A stretch of DNA of 14,984 nucleotides from Armatimonadota bacterium (GCA_038248345.1 JBBRXO010000070.1:1-14984), one strand, 5' to 3'. Counted from the stretch's first letter, positions 6,806 through 14,984 are shown. Translations and numbers: made by a program. Notes: generated by a model not told the origin, from the sequence alone.

Positions 6806-7660
6806 TCAGGCTACTTCCACACCAGCTTCTATCAGCGCGCTCATCAACTGCCCGCGTACCTCCTGCTCCACTTCTCCCGCCAATTTCACTGGCATCCAGA
6901 TAGTGAGACGCAAGGTTATCTTGGCTGCTTCCATGCTTACAATTGTTACATCTGGTGGTGTTGCTGGCATCGGTCTATCTTTGAGAACTGTGCGAGCGAC
7001 ATTACGCATCACCTCAACTGCTGATTTGATGGCGGATTCATTCTTGATATTAATATCAATCTGCCGCCGGATATCACGACGCGAAGCATTGAATACCTGC
7101 GAAATATCGCCATTAGCGATAGTATATATCCGCCCGTCTTCATCGCATAGTTGCGTGACACGCAGGCCCATCTCCTGCACTATACCGGTGACATTGCCGA
7201 TAGTGACATGATCCCCTACATCGAATTGCCCCTCTCCCAGTATGAACAATCCCGTGATGATATCACGAACCAATTTCTGCGCTCCGAAGCCTATCGCTAA
7301 CCCCATAACAGAAGCAGCTCCAATTAACGGCGCCAAGCCTGCCCAGGTTATTCCAATGGTAAAGAGCACAAGGATGAAGGTGATGAAATAAATCGTGTAA
7401 GTGATTGCCGAATAGAGCAACGTTTCCAACGTGCCAATGCGACGATTCTCTTTGACGGTTGCAGCTAATGCCGATTTCAATCCGAGGTGGATGAAATGTT
7501 TGATCATTCTAATTACTACCCGCGCAAGTATCAGCAGCAGGCATACCACTACCAACCGGGCGACCAGTGCTACCAGCAAATTGGCATCAAAAGCGCCCAC
7601 TCGTCCGCTACGATAAATATTAGTCCAAAATTCTGGTGACATTAACATCTCTGGTGACAT
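6806..7660 (-). CDS. mscS: Small-conductance mechanosensitive channel family protein (YkuT/YbiO-like)
   Basis: TM helices followed by GLAIGFGAQKLVRDIITGLFIL.E.QFDVGDHV.IGNVTG.V.EMGLRVT...DG..Y.I.NG.I..V.N.SR. SD AGGAG 5 nt before the ATG. Confidence 0.9.
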   Translation of the reverse strand: MSPEMLMSPEFWTNIYRSGRVGAFDANLLVALVARLVVVCLLLILARVVIRMIKHFIHLGLKSALAATVKENRRIGTLETLLYSAITYTIYFITFILVLFTIGITWAGLAPLIGAASVMGLAIGFGAQKLVRDIITGLFILGEGQFDVGDHVTIGNVTGIVQEMGLRVTQLCDEDGRIYTIANGDISQVFNASRRDIRRQIDINIKNESAIKSAVEVMRNVARTVLKDRPMPATPPDVTIVSMEAAKITLRLTIWMPVKLAGEVEQEVRGQLMSALIEAGVEVA

Positions 7661-7817
7661 CTATTCTCCTCTTCATTTGAAAACATTCTCTGTGAAACAC
7701 GTGCCCATAAATCAATCCCGGGCAGAGCCACATCCAAACTAAATACCATGCACCTCATATTTTAACGTATTTTTAACTATTTGCGGGTCTTTTTCCCCCC
7801 GCCTACCCTGTGTATTG

Positions 7818-7826
7818 TGGTATAAA
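7818..7826 (+). promoter_or_regulatory. Extended -10 promoter (TGgTATAAA), probably for a leaderless mRNA
   Basis: TG at 7818-7819, TATAAA at 7821-7826, in-frame ATG 6 nt later at 7833, no SD. Confidence 0.55.
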
Positions 7827-7832
7827 TATCGC

Positions 7833-8321
7833 ATGAACGGGAAAAAGGCGTCAGCCTCACAATCAGTAATATCGGTAGTTGCGTTACCACGGGATAGTAA
7901 CCAGTATGGATATGTCTACGGCGGCACGGTGATGAGCCTGGTTGATCAGGCTGCCTATGCTGCTGCCATTCGTCATGCGCGGGTGCCCGTGGTGACTGTC
8001 TGCGTTGACCACCTTACCTTTCTCAAACATATCCACATCGGGGATGTCATCACCGTACGCGCCTCCGTCAATTATGTCGGCAGTACCTCCATGGAAGTTG
8101 GTGTTCGCGTCGAGACAGAACGCATGACCACTGGAGTGGTGGAACATGTGGGGAGCGCGTATCTCACCATGGTAGCCCTGGGGGTCGACGGCAACCCCAC
8201 TGCTGTTTCCTCGCTAATAGTCGAGACCGCTGAGGAAAAACGCCGACAATGCGAAGCAAGAGAACGTCGTAAGTACCAGCTCTCCCTGATGGGCCGCCAG
8301 ACTGGAGATTGCCATGAATGA
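7833..8321 (+). CDS. Acyl-CoA thioesterase, hotdog fold (YciA/YkhA-like)
   Basis: P.DSNQYG.VYGG.VMSLVD.AA, VVTVCVD...F...I.IGD, VNYVG.TSMEVGVRV, AYLTMVAL...G.P. ATG 7833 is preferred over TTG 7815. Confidence 0.92.
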   Translation: MNGKKASASQSVISVVALPRDSNQYGYVYGGTVMSLVDQAAYAAAIRHARVPVVTVCVDHLTFLKHIHIGDVITVRASVNYVGSTSMEVGVRVETERMTTGVVEHVGSAYLTMVALGVDGNPTAVSSLIVETAEEKRRQCEARERRKYQLSLMGRQTGDCHE

Positions 8322-8763
8322 TTCATCCTCTCCATGTAACGGATGCTCGTCATGTGCCACACGGTGTACCGACGGGATCGCCATGTCAGAATTGGAGTTT
8401 TTGCGCATCATCGAGGTGCTGCGGGAGTTACCACGTCGAGATGTTCGCCGCGTGCTGGAACAGTCGAAGCACCGCTTCTGGTTTGAAGAGATCACCTATG
8501 TCGCGTGTTTATTCCTGGAGAATGAAACCGATAGATGCTTGATTTACCCGGTACGTCCCTTAATATGTCGGATTTTCGGGCGAGTTAAACATCTCCCCTG
8601 CCCAATTGAGCATTGCCCGGCAGATATTGATGCCCGCGGCATTTTGAAGAGCTATTCCGAATTGCCGCTGCATACCTTCCAGCAATGGATGATCCGTCAC
8701 TATATGTTCAATTTCGATGATTTGCTCGGCATTAAAGAAGCGCCAGTGCGTATTGAAATCTAA
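8314..8763 (+). CDS. YkgJ/UPF0153 (CxxCxxCC) family cysteine-cluster protein
   Basis: CNGCSSCATRC ... CLFL ... CLIYPVRPLICRIFG. SD GGAG upstream; 8-nt overlap with the thioesterase gene. Confidence 0.85.
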   Translation: MNDSSSPCNGCSSCATRCTDGIAMSELEFLRIIEVLRELPRRDVRRVLEQSKHRFWFEEITYVACLFLENETDRCLIYPVRPLICRIFGRVKHLPCPIEHCPADIDARGILKSYSELPLHTFQQWMIRHYMFNFDDLLGIKEAPVRIEI

Positions 8764-10052
8764 TGCATCAGCTCACGTGCTGCTCTGGCACAGCGAGCTG
8801 AAGCTCCTTTTTGCTCTTCAAAGACAACCTTCGTTTTCTTCTTTATCTCCACTAGCATCTTTGGCTGTTGCAGGAACTTCAACCACCACTCGGCAATATC
8901 TGGTCCGTCAGTAACTTGAAAACCGACACCATTTTCCTGGGCTATTACCGCAATATCTCGAAAATTACTCATATTCGGCCCAAATAATGCCGGTTTTTCG
9001 AGGGCCAACACCTCGAGGATGTTGTGCCCGCCGGTATTGTCAAGGCTCCCCCCTACAAATGCGGCTGTGCCCAGTGCATATACACTCGCTAACTCGCCAA
9101 TTGTATCGAGAATAACTATCGCATCTGGTGGGCTGGCGATAGCTTTATCACAAAGACGCGAACGCCGCACCGGCGAGAATCCGTGTGAAACAATCAGTTC
9201 CGAGATCTCCTCGGCTCGATTAATCTGACGAGGAGCAATGATCAGGCGCACACTAGGAACGCTCTTCTTTACCTGCCGAAAAGCGCGCAGCACAATCTCT
9301 TCTTCACCTGGATGGGTGGAGCCCGCCACTACTACCGGCTCATCACGGTTGATCCCTAGCGCCTCGCGCAGTAATAACTGCTCACCCAGCGATACCACTG
9401 AATCAATCTGATCGAATTTGGCGTTCCCCGCTACCCTAACATGCATCGGGGCTGCACCCAGCGCAATTATGCGGTCTGCATCTACCTGCCCTTGCATAAG
9501 AAATAAATCTATTTGCGCGGTCATGAAACGATATATCGGGGCAAAGCGTTGGCCACCCTTGATGCTTCTTTCGGAAATACGCCCGTTTACCATGACGATT
9601 TTGCAGCCCATCATCTTGGCAACCAGCAGGAAGTTCGGCCATAACTCTGTTTCCACTAGCACAATCAATCGCGGGCGTACTCTAATCAACGACAACCAGA
9701 CGAAAAGAAGCATGTCGTAAGGGAAATAAATCACTTGCCCGGCGTCACCTACCGCTTTAACCGCTTGCTCATGCCCGGTATCGGTGGTACAACTCTGGTA
9801 TATCTCGTACTCAGGAAATTGTTTCTGCAACTCCGGACTGATGAACTTCGCCGCCATCGTCTCCCCTACGGAGACCGCGTGGAGCCAGATACGCGGTTTG
9901 TCACCCTTCAGCTTGCGGGCGGGAATTAACCCTATGCGTTCTCCCAAACCGTTGCGAGTCTTCTCCCCAAAAAATGCTTGTAGAAAGATTACCGGTAAGA
10001 TTATCGGACTTAAAATGAGCAGCGCCAGGTTGTAGATAATAATCGCAAGCAT
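8760..10052 (-). CDS. waaA: 3-deoxy-D-manno-octulosonic acid (Kdo) transferase
   Basis: N-terminal TM, ERIG, IWLHAVSVGE, FPYD, ETELWPN, NGRIS, GNAKFD, AGSTHPGEE, DTIGELASVY, FVGGSL..GGHNILE. Confidence 0.95.
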   Translation of the reverse strand: MLAIIIYNLALLILSPIILPVIFLQAFFGEKTRNGLGERIGLIPARKLKGDKPRIWLHAVSVGETMAAKFISPELQKQFPEYEIYQSCTTDTGHEQAVKAVGDAGQVIYFPYDMLLFVWLSLIRVRPRLIVLVETELWPNFLLVAKMMGCKIVMVNGRISERSIKGGQRFAPIYRFMTAQIDLFLMQGQVDADRIIALGAAPMHVRVAGNAKFDQIDSVVSLGEQLLLREALGINRDEPVVVAGSTHPGEEEIVLRAFRQVKKSVPSVRLIIAPRQINRAEEISELIVSHGFSPVRRSRLCDKAIASPPDAIVILDTIGELASVYALGTAAFVGGSLDNTGGHNILEVLALEKPALFGPNMSNFRDIAVIAQENGVGFQVTDGPDIAEWWLKFLQQPKMLVEIKKKTKVVFEEQKGASARCARAARELMH

Positions 10053-10053
10053 A

Positions 10054-11934
10054 TTACAACACTTCCGGCAGCGGCTGAATTTCCTGCGGGTCTACACTAT
10101 CACGAAATTGCATCTGGTGCAGTTTGCGATATATTCCACCCTGACCAAGTAATTCGGTATGAGTACCGATCTCCGATATCTTCCCATTCTCTAACACTAC
10201 AATCCGCGAGGCGTTCTGAATTGTACTCAAACGGTGCGCAATGACGAAAGTCGTGCGGTTTTTCATCAACGTCTCCAGCGCCTGCTGCACCAGGTGCTCA
10301 CTCTCAGTATCCAAGGCACTGGTCGCTTCATCCAATATCAAAATTCGTGGATTCTTCAGCAATGCGCGCGCGATCGCCACCCGTTGCCGTTGCCCGCCGG
10401 AGAGGCGTGCCCCACGTTCGCCCACCACGGTCTGGAAACCTTCGGGCAAGCGTTCGATGAATTCCAGCGCATTAGCGGCGCTAGCCGCATCGCGCACTTC
10501 ATCTTCGCTGGCATCCAGTTTGCCGTAAAGGATATTGTCATAAATCGATCCACTGAAGAGGACCGTCTCCTGTGGGACAATACCCACTTGCTCGCGCAAC
10601 GAAGCGAGGGTCACCTGCCGGATATCGCGGCCTTCAATTGTTATTACTCCAACGGTCGGATCATAGAATCGCGGCAGCAGATTAACCAGCGTAGTTTTAC
10701 CCGAACCACTGGGGCCAACCAGCGCAATTACTTCGCCTGGTTGCACGGTGAGATTAATATCCGAGAGTACCTCTTCACCGGTACGGTAGGTGAAGCTGAC
10801 GTGATCAAACTCGATATGTCCTTCTGCTCGCGGGAGCGCCTGCGCCTGTGGAATATCTTCAATATCCGGTTGTACATCCAGCAGTCCGAAGATACGCTCG
10901 CCTAGACCATTAACCTGTTGACGCAACTGGTTGGCCCGTGAGAGCATCTTGAATTTTGTCCCGACCTTCTGCGCCAGGAATAGAAATTGAATGAACTGTG
11001 CCGCCGGGACATGCCCATTCATCACCGCTAGCCCACCTACGATAACACCACCGAGCATACCGATAATTGCGATTGTCTCGGAACCTGGGGCGATCGTTTC
11101 GGTAACAAGCGCCGCCCGCAATATCTCCCGATAATAGCGCTGATTAAAGGTATCCATCTGCTTATTTTCATGCGGTTCACGCACGAACGATTGGATGACT
11201 CGCACATTACCCAGGCGTTCCACCAGTGAGGCGTTAAAATCGCCCAGCCGCTCCTGAATCCGTATTGAATATTTGCGTATCAACCGCCCACCTAACGCCA
11301 TTATGCCGCCGATGACCGGGGCTAATGTTAATGCGATGAGTGTGAGCTTCCAGTCTACCAGCAACATCATCGTCAACGCTATGGGAATAGTAAGCACTGC
11401 ACGTAATACATCCGCCAATTGTGGCCCCATGCACGCCTGCAATGCCCCCACATCTCCGGTTATGCGGGACATGTGCGCACCGGTGCTTTCCTTCTCGAAA
11501 TAAGTAGGAGAAAGACGCAGCAAATGGGCAAAAAGTTTCTGCCGTAAATCCATCCCGACTTTATTGGCGAATTTATGCATCAGGTATGCACCGGGAACGT
11601 CAAAGAGAAATTTGGTCAGCACCACACATGCCGTTATTATCGTTAGCCAGATGAGCACCCGCGCTGGATCAGGGGAGGAGAAGAATTGCTCCAGCATCGG
11701 CTGAACATGGTCGGTAAGAAACTGGAAATGCGTTCCTTTTACAGTACTCAAAAACGGAATTTCGACTTTGCCGCCGTTCGTAGCTGCCGTCGTCACCAAC
11801 GCCAGTAGCATGGCGAATAACGTTGTCAGCACCGCCGTGTCCAGTATCTCACTGATAAACACGAAGGCGAACCCGGTGAATAGCGAACCACTATATGGCT
11901 TGGCAACTTTGGCAATGCGTCCGATAACCGACAT
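10054..11934 (-). CDS. msbA: ABC exporter, fused permease/ATPase, MsbA-like lipid A flippase
   Basis: TM domain plus Walker A GPSGSGKT, Q-loop VPQE, signature LSGGQRQR, Walker B ILILDEATSALD, and AHRLST. A 1-nt gap to waaA supports the msbA call. ATG 11934 has GGAGAG upstream; alternative TTG at 11955. Confidence 0.82.
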   Translation of the reverse strand: MSVIGRIAKVAKPYSGSLFTGFAFVFISEILDTAVLTTLFAMLLALVTTAATNGGKVEIPFLSTVKGTHFQFLTDHVQPMLEQFFSSPDPARVLIWLTIITACVVLTKFLFDVPGAYLMHKFANKVGMDLRQKLFAHLLRLSPTYFEKESTGAHMSRITGDVGALQACMGPQLADVLRAVLTIPIALTMMLLVDWKLTLIALTLAPVIGGIMALGGRLIRKYSIRIQERLGDFNASLVERLGNVRVIQSFVREPHENKQMDTFNQRYYREILRAALVTETIAPGSETIAIIGMLGGVIVGGLAVMNGHVPAAQFIQFLFLAQKVGTKFKMLSRANQLRQQVNGLGERIFGLLDVQPDIEDIPQAQALPRAEGHIEFDHVSFTYRTGEEVLSDINLTVQPGEVIALVGPSGSGKTTLVNLLPRFYDPTVGVITIEGRDIRQVTLASLREQVGIVPQETVLFSGSIYDNILYGKLDASEDEVRDAASAANALEFIERLPEGFQTVVGERGARLSGGQRQRVAIARALLKNPRILILDEATSALDTESEHLVQQALETLMKNRTTFVIAHRLSTIQNASRIVVLENGKISEIGTHTELLGQGGIYRKLHQMQFRDSVDPQEIQPLPEVL

Positions 11935-12027
11935 GAAGTTTACACTCTCCGCCAATATTGTAACTTAATTAGGTCTTTAAGTCACCAGTCGCTTATGTCT
12001 ATATCATTGCTTTAAGGTTTAAACTCT

Positions 12028-12066
12028 ATTATAACACGCGACATCCATATAACTTTCCAGTATAAT
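12028..12066. promoter_or_regulatory. Back-to-back promoters for msbA-waaA (-) and rmuC (+)
   Basis: Minus strand: TGtTATAAT (12036-12028). Plus strand: GCGACA (12038-12043), 17 bp, TATAAT (12061-12066). Confidence 0.6.
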
Positions 12067-12122
12067 AACGTCAAACTATCCAGCACAGTACTAAGCTGCA
12101 TCTGGAGCGAAGGTCATTACTT

Positions 12123-13688
12123 ATGCTTGAAATCCTGATTATCGTAACAATTGTGCTCCTGCTGGCGGTAGTTGCGTTGCAGCTTTTGCTCCTGCGCAAA
12201 TCGTCACAATCCGATACCGCCGTGATTGTCGCCTGTATTTTGGACGACTTCAAAAAAACGCAAGAGAGTATCGAGCGGGTTATCAGGGATGAAGCAACAC
12301 GGAATCGCGAGGAACTTGCCAAATCAGCGCGCGAACAGCGGCAAGAGCTGATCGAAAGCTTCAAAACTTTCGGCGACTCCGTGACATTGCGCATGGCAGA
12401 TGCCAGCAACTTCCAGAAGACGCAGTTAGAGACCTTCTCTGCGCAGTTGGCCGCTTTCACCAAAGCCAGTGGGGAGCGCCTCGATAGTGTTCGTACTGAT
12501 TCTGCCACCGCCGCTAAAGAGCAGCGCGAGGAGGTGGTGAAGACACTTACCGGTATCTCCGAGACGATGGCAAAGACGATGGGAGAGTTGGCTAATGTCC
12601 AGAAGACGCAATTAGAGTCGATGTCCGCCATCATTGCCAAGCTCTCGGAATCAAATGAAAAGAAGTTAGAGGACGTGAGGATTACTGTCGAGGGCAAACT
12701 GCAGAATCTGCAGGTAGAGAATTCCAAACAAATAGACCTGATGCGCCAGACGGTAGACGAGAAGCTGCAGGGGACATTAGAAAAGCGACTGGGAGAATCC
12801 TTCAAACTGGTGAGTGACCGCCTGGAACTGGTACATAAAGGGCTGGGCGAGATGCAGACGCTGGCCACCGGCGTCGGTGACCTGAAGAAAGTGCTGACCA
12901 ATGTAAAAACCCGCGGCACGTGGGGGGAAGTACAATTGGGCGCGCTGCTGGAGCAGGTACTTACTGCCGAACAATACGCTACTAATGTTGCCACCAAAGA
13001 TGGCGGGGAACGGGTTGAGTTTGCCATCAAGTTACCGGGACAAGGATTGAATTTAGATGAGGTTGTCTGGCTCCCCATCGACGCCAAGTTCCCTATCGAA
13101 GATTACCAGCGCCTGCTGGAAGCACAAGAAAACTCTGATATCAACGGCGTTGCCGCAGCGGGTAAACAAATGGAGAATCGCGTCATCGCCTGTGCTGGCG
13201 ATATCTGTAATAAATATTTAAATCCCCCCAAAACCACCGACTTTGGTATCCTCTTTTTGCCAATAGAAGGTCTTTTTGCCGAAGTTATCCGCCGCCCGGG
13301 TTTGACGGAGATTATTCAACGCAAACATCGGGTGATTATCGCCGGGCCCACGACTTTATGGTCTATTCTAAACAGCCTGCAGATGGGTTTCCGCACACTA
13401 GCCATCCAGCAACGCTCCAGCGAAGTTTGGAACCTGCTGGCCGCCGTCAAAACAGAATGGACAAAATACGGCGATGTGCTGGAAGCCGTGGAAAAGAAAC
13501 TGCACCAAGCTTCGGAAACCATTGAAAAAGCTAAAGTTAGATCCAGAGTAATAGGGAGGAAACTGAAAGATGTACAGGGACTCCCTGCCAACGAAACCTC
13601 CGCATTATTGCCCATTGCACTGGCAGAAGATGAAGAAGATGCCGGTGAATGCGATATTGAGGCGATTGTTTCAGCGATTGAAGAGTGA
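12123..13688 (+). CDS. rmuC: DNA recombination protein RmuC
   Basis: N-terminal TM, long coiled coil, then VDEKLQGTLEKRLGESF.LVS.RLE.VHKGLGEM, NVKTRGTWGEVQL, WLPIDAKFP.EDY, KYLNPPKTTDF.ILFLP.EGLFAE, GPTTL...LNSLQMGFRTLAI. Confidence 0.95.
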   Translation: MLEILIIVTIVLLLAVVALQLLLLRKSSQSDTAVIVACILDDFKKTQESIERVIRDEATRNREELAKSAREQRQELIESFKTFGDSVTLRMADASNFQKTQLETFSAQLAAFTKASGERLDSVRTDSATAAKEQREEVVKTLTGISETMAKTMGELANVQKTQLESMSAIIAKLSESNEKKLEDVRITVEGKLQNLQVENSKQIDLMRQTVDEKLQGTLEKRLGESFKLVSDRLELVHKGLGEMQTLATGVGDLKKVLTNVKTRGTWGEVQLGALLEQVLTAEQYATNVATKDGGERVEFAIKLPGQGLNLDEVVWLPIDAKFPIEDYQRLLEAQENSDINGVAAAGKQMENRVIACAGDICNKYLNPPKTTDFGILFLPIEGLFAEVIRRPGLTEIIQRKHRVIIAGPTTLWSILNSLQMGFRTLAIQQRSSEVWNLLAAVKTEWTKYGDVLEAVEKKLHQASETIEKAKVRSRVIGRKLKDVQGLPANETSALLPIALAEDEEDAGECDIEAIVSAIEE

Positions 13689-13734
13689 TGTCAACTTGAT
13701 ATCCTATTTCCTACCACAAGTCAGGAGTTAACCG

Positions 13735-14916
13735 ATGAAATACATACTGATAGTCCCGGATGGCATGGCAGATAACCCCATCGAAGAACTCGATGGACGC
13801 ACCCCCATGCAGGCAGCGAAGACGCCGAATATGGATGCTATCGCCCGCGCCGGACAGGTTGGACGCGTTCAGACGGTACCCCACGGTATGCCGCCGGGCA
13901 GTGACGTAGCTGCGCTCTCCATCGCCGGGTATGATCCAGCGAAATATTATACCGGGCGCGCCCCCCTGGAGGCGGCGAACCAGGGTATCGACCTCGGCCC
14001 ACGTGATGTCGCCTTCCGTTGCAACCTCATCACCACCGATGGCGCTAATATTATCGACTACAGCGCCGGGGAGATCAGCAATGACGAAGGCGCAGAACTG
14101 ATGCGCGTCATTGAAGAGCGGTTGGGTACGGCGCAGCGCCGTTTTTATCCCGGCATCAGCTATCGCAATCTGCTGGTATGGCACGGCGGCTCTGTATATC
14201 TAAAGAGCACCCCACCTCATGACATCATGGGGAAACCAATCGCCGAATACCTGCCCGAGGGCGAAGGTGAGGATATCCTGCGCGAGATGATCTGGGATTC
14301 CTACGAAATACTCAACAAGCATGAGATCAATATTCGCCGCGTTGATGCAGGCAAGAACCCGGCGAATATGATCTGGCTTTGGGGTCAGGGCTACGCTCCT
14401 GCGCTGCCGAATTTCTTCTCCCAATACGGAGTTACCGGCACGGTTATTTCGGCTGTCGACCTCATCCGCGGCATTGCCCGCCTGGCTGGGCTCCGCGCCC
14501 CCGCCGTGCCCGGCGCTACCGGCAGGCTTGATACCAACTGGGCAGGCAAGGCGCAGGCATCAATTGACGCCTTGTCCTATAGCGACTTCCTCTGGGTACA
14601 CATAGAGGCCCCCGATGAATGTGGCCATCAAGGCGATCTAGAAGGAAAAATCCGTGCCATCGAACTCACCGATAGCGAGATTATCGGCCCGGTGTGGAAA
14701 GCGGCCCAGGAATATGGCGATGCCCGCATCCTGATACTGCCAGATCATTACACTCCCGTCGCCCTGCGCACCCACGTCGGCAACCCCGTACCCTACACTA
14801 TGGCAGGCACTGGGATAAAACCAGATATCATCGACCGCCTCGATGAAGAAGTAGCCGCCGAATCCCCCCTCTTCGTAGAAGAAGGCTATCGACTGCTAGG
14901 TATGCTATTAGGCTAA
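13735..14916 (+). CDS. apgM: Cofactor-independent phosphoglycerate mutase, archaeal/ApgM type (the subfamily also labelled 'proposed homoserine kinase')
   Basis: MKYILIVPDGMAD...GRTPMQAA.TPNMD, catalytic PGSDVA, GYDP..YYTGRAPLEA, HIEAPDECGH, PDHYTP...TH...PVP. SD AGGAG upstream. Confidence 0.93.
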   Translation: MKYILIVPDGMADNPIEELDGRTPMQAAKTPNMDAIARAGQVGRVQTVPHGMPPGSDVAALSIAGYDPAKYYTGRAPLEAANQGIDLGPRDVAFRCNLITTDGANIIDYSAGEISNDEGAELMRVIEERLGTAQRRFYPGISYRNLLVWHGGSVYLKSTPPHDIMGKPIAEYLPEGEGEDILREMIWDSYEILNKHEINIRRVDAGKNPANMIWLWGQGYAPALPNFFSQYGVTGTVISAVDLIRGIARLAGLRAPAVPGATGRLDTNWAGKAQASIDALSYSDFLWVHIEAPDECGHQGDLEGKIRAIELTDSEIIGPVWKAAQEYGDARILILPDHYTPVALRTHVGNPVPYTMAGTGIKPDIIDRLDEEVAAESPLFVEEGYRLLGMLLG

Positions 14917-14932
14917 CTCCCCTCCGATAATG

Positions 14933-14963
14933 CTATGGGGCACAAACCCTGTGCCCCAAATAG
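14933..14963. repeat. GC-rich extragenic palindrome downstream of apgM
   Basis: TGGGGCACA-AACCC-TGTGCCCCA (14936-14958), extendable by CTAT/ATAG with a 2-nt bulge. No U tract follows on either strand. Confidence 0.6.
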
Positions 14964-14984
14964 AAAAATAATGACAATACCTAC

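Noticed and set aside
6651..7211. 186-aa plus-strand ORF and the other nested short ORFs in the track
   Set aside because: All overlap well-supported genes on the opposite strand or in another frame and lack motifs or SD sites.
6328..7660. Nuclease plus membrane channel as an anti-phage defence system
   Set aside because: Both are widespread housekeeping families, and there is no defence-island or mobile-element context in the window.
7642..7758. 38-codon minus-strand uORF (MRCMVFSLDV...) whose TAA overlaps the second mscS ATG
   Set aside because: It has no properly spaced SD and no recognisable content, and an ORF of this length is expected by chance.
10234..10905. 223-aa plus-strand ORF
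   Set aside because: It is a typical antisense shadow of the conserved ABC ATPase domain.
12071..13087. 338-aa minus-strand ORF
   Set aside because: It is the antisense shadow of rmuC. Its Ser/Phe/Cys-rich composition mirrors Glu/Lys/Gln codons and it has no domain motifs.

Overview
Gene-dense bacterial chromosomal window with about 14 CDSs. I found no RNA genes, CRISPR arrays or intact mobile elements. The host is a diderm (msbA-like plus waaA); the gene mix suggests a Terrabacteria diderm such as Armatimonadota, which is inference only. Order: (-) a partial PilX-type minor pilin with a large DUF4900/ComZ-like domain that runs off the left edge and is missing from the ORF track; (+) a coupled pair of alpha/beta hydrolases like the 'exosortase A system-associated' hydrolase 2/hydrolase 1 pair; (-) a ferritin-like protein; (+) an FmdB zinc ribbon; (-) mscS and a DUF151 nuclease, then a terminator, then a 6-oxopurine/MTI-type phosphorylase coupled to a membrane GAF/HD-GYP protein, then a terminator; (+) an acyl-CoA thioesterase and a YkgJ Cys-cluster protein; (-) msbA-like and waaA; (+) rmuC and apgM. 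Most content is housekeeping, and I cannot demonstrate a new system. The best leads are the ComZ-like pilin with its operator-rich upstream region, the orphan pseudoenzyme/Cys-hydrolase pair, and the phosphorylase/atypical HD-GYP operon.
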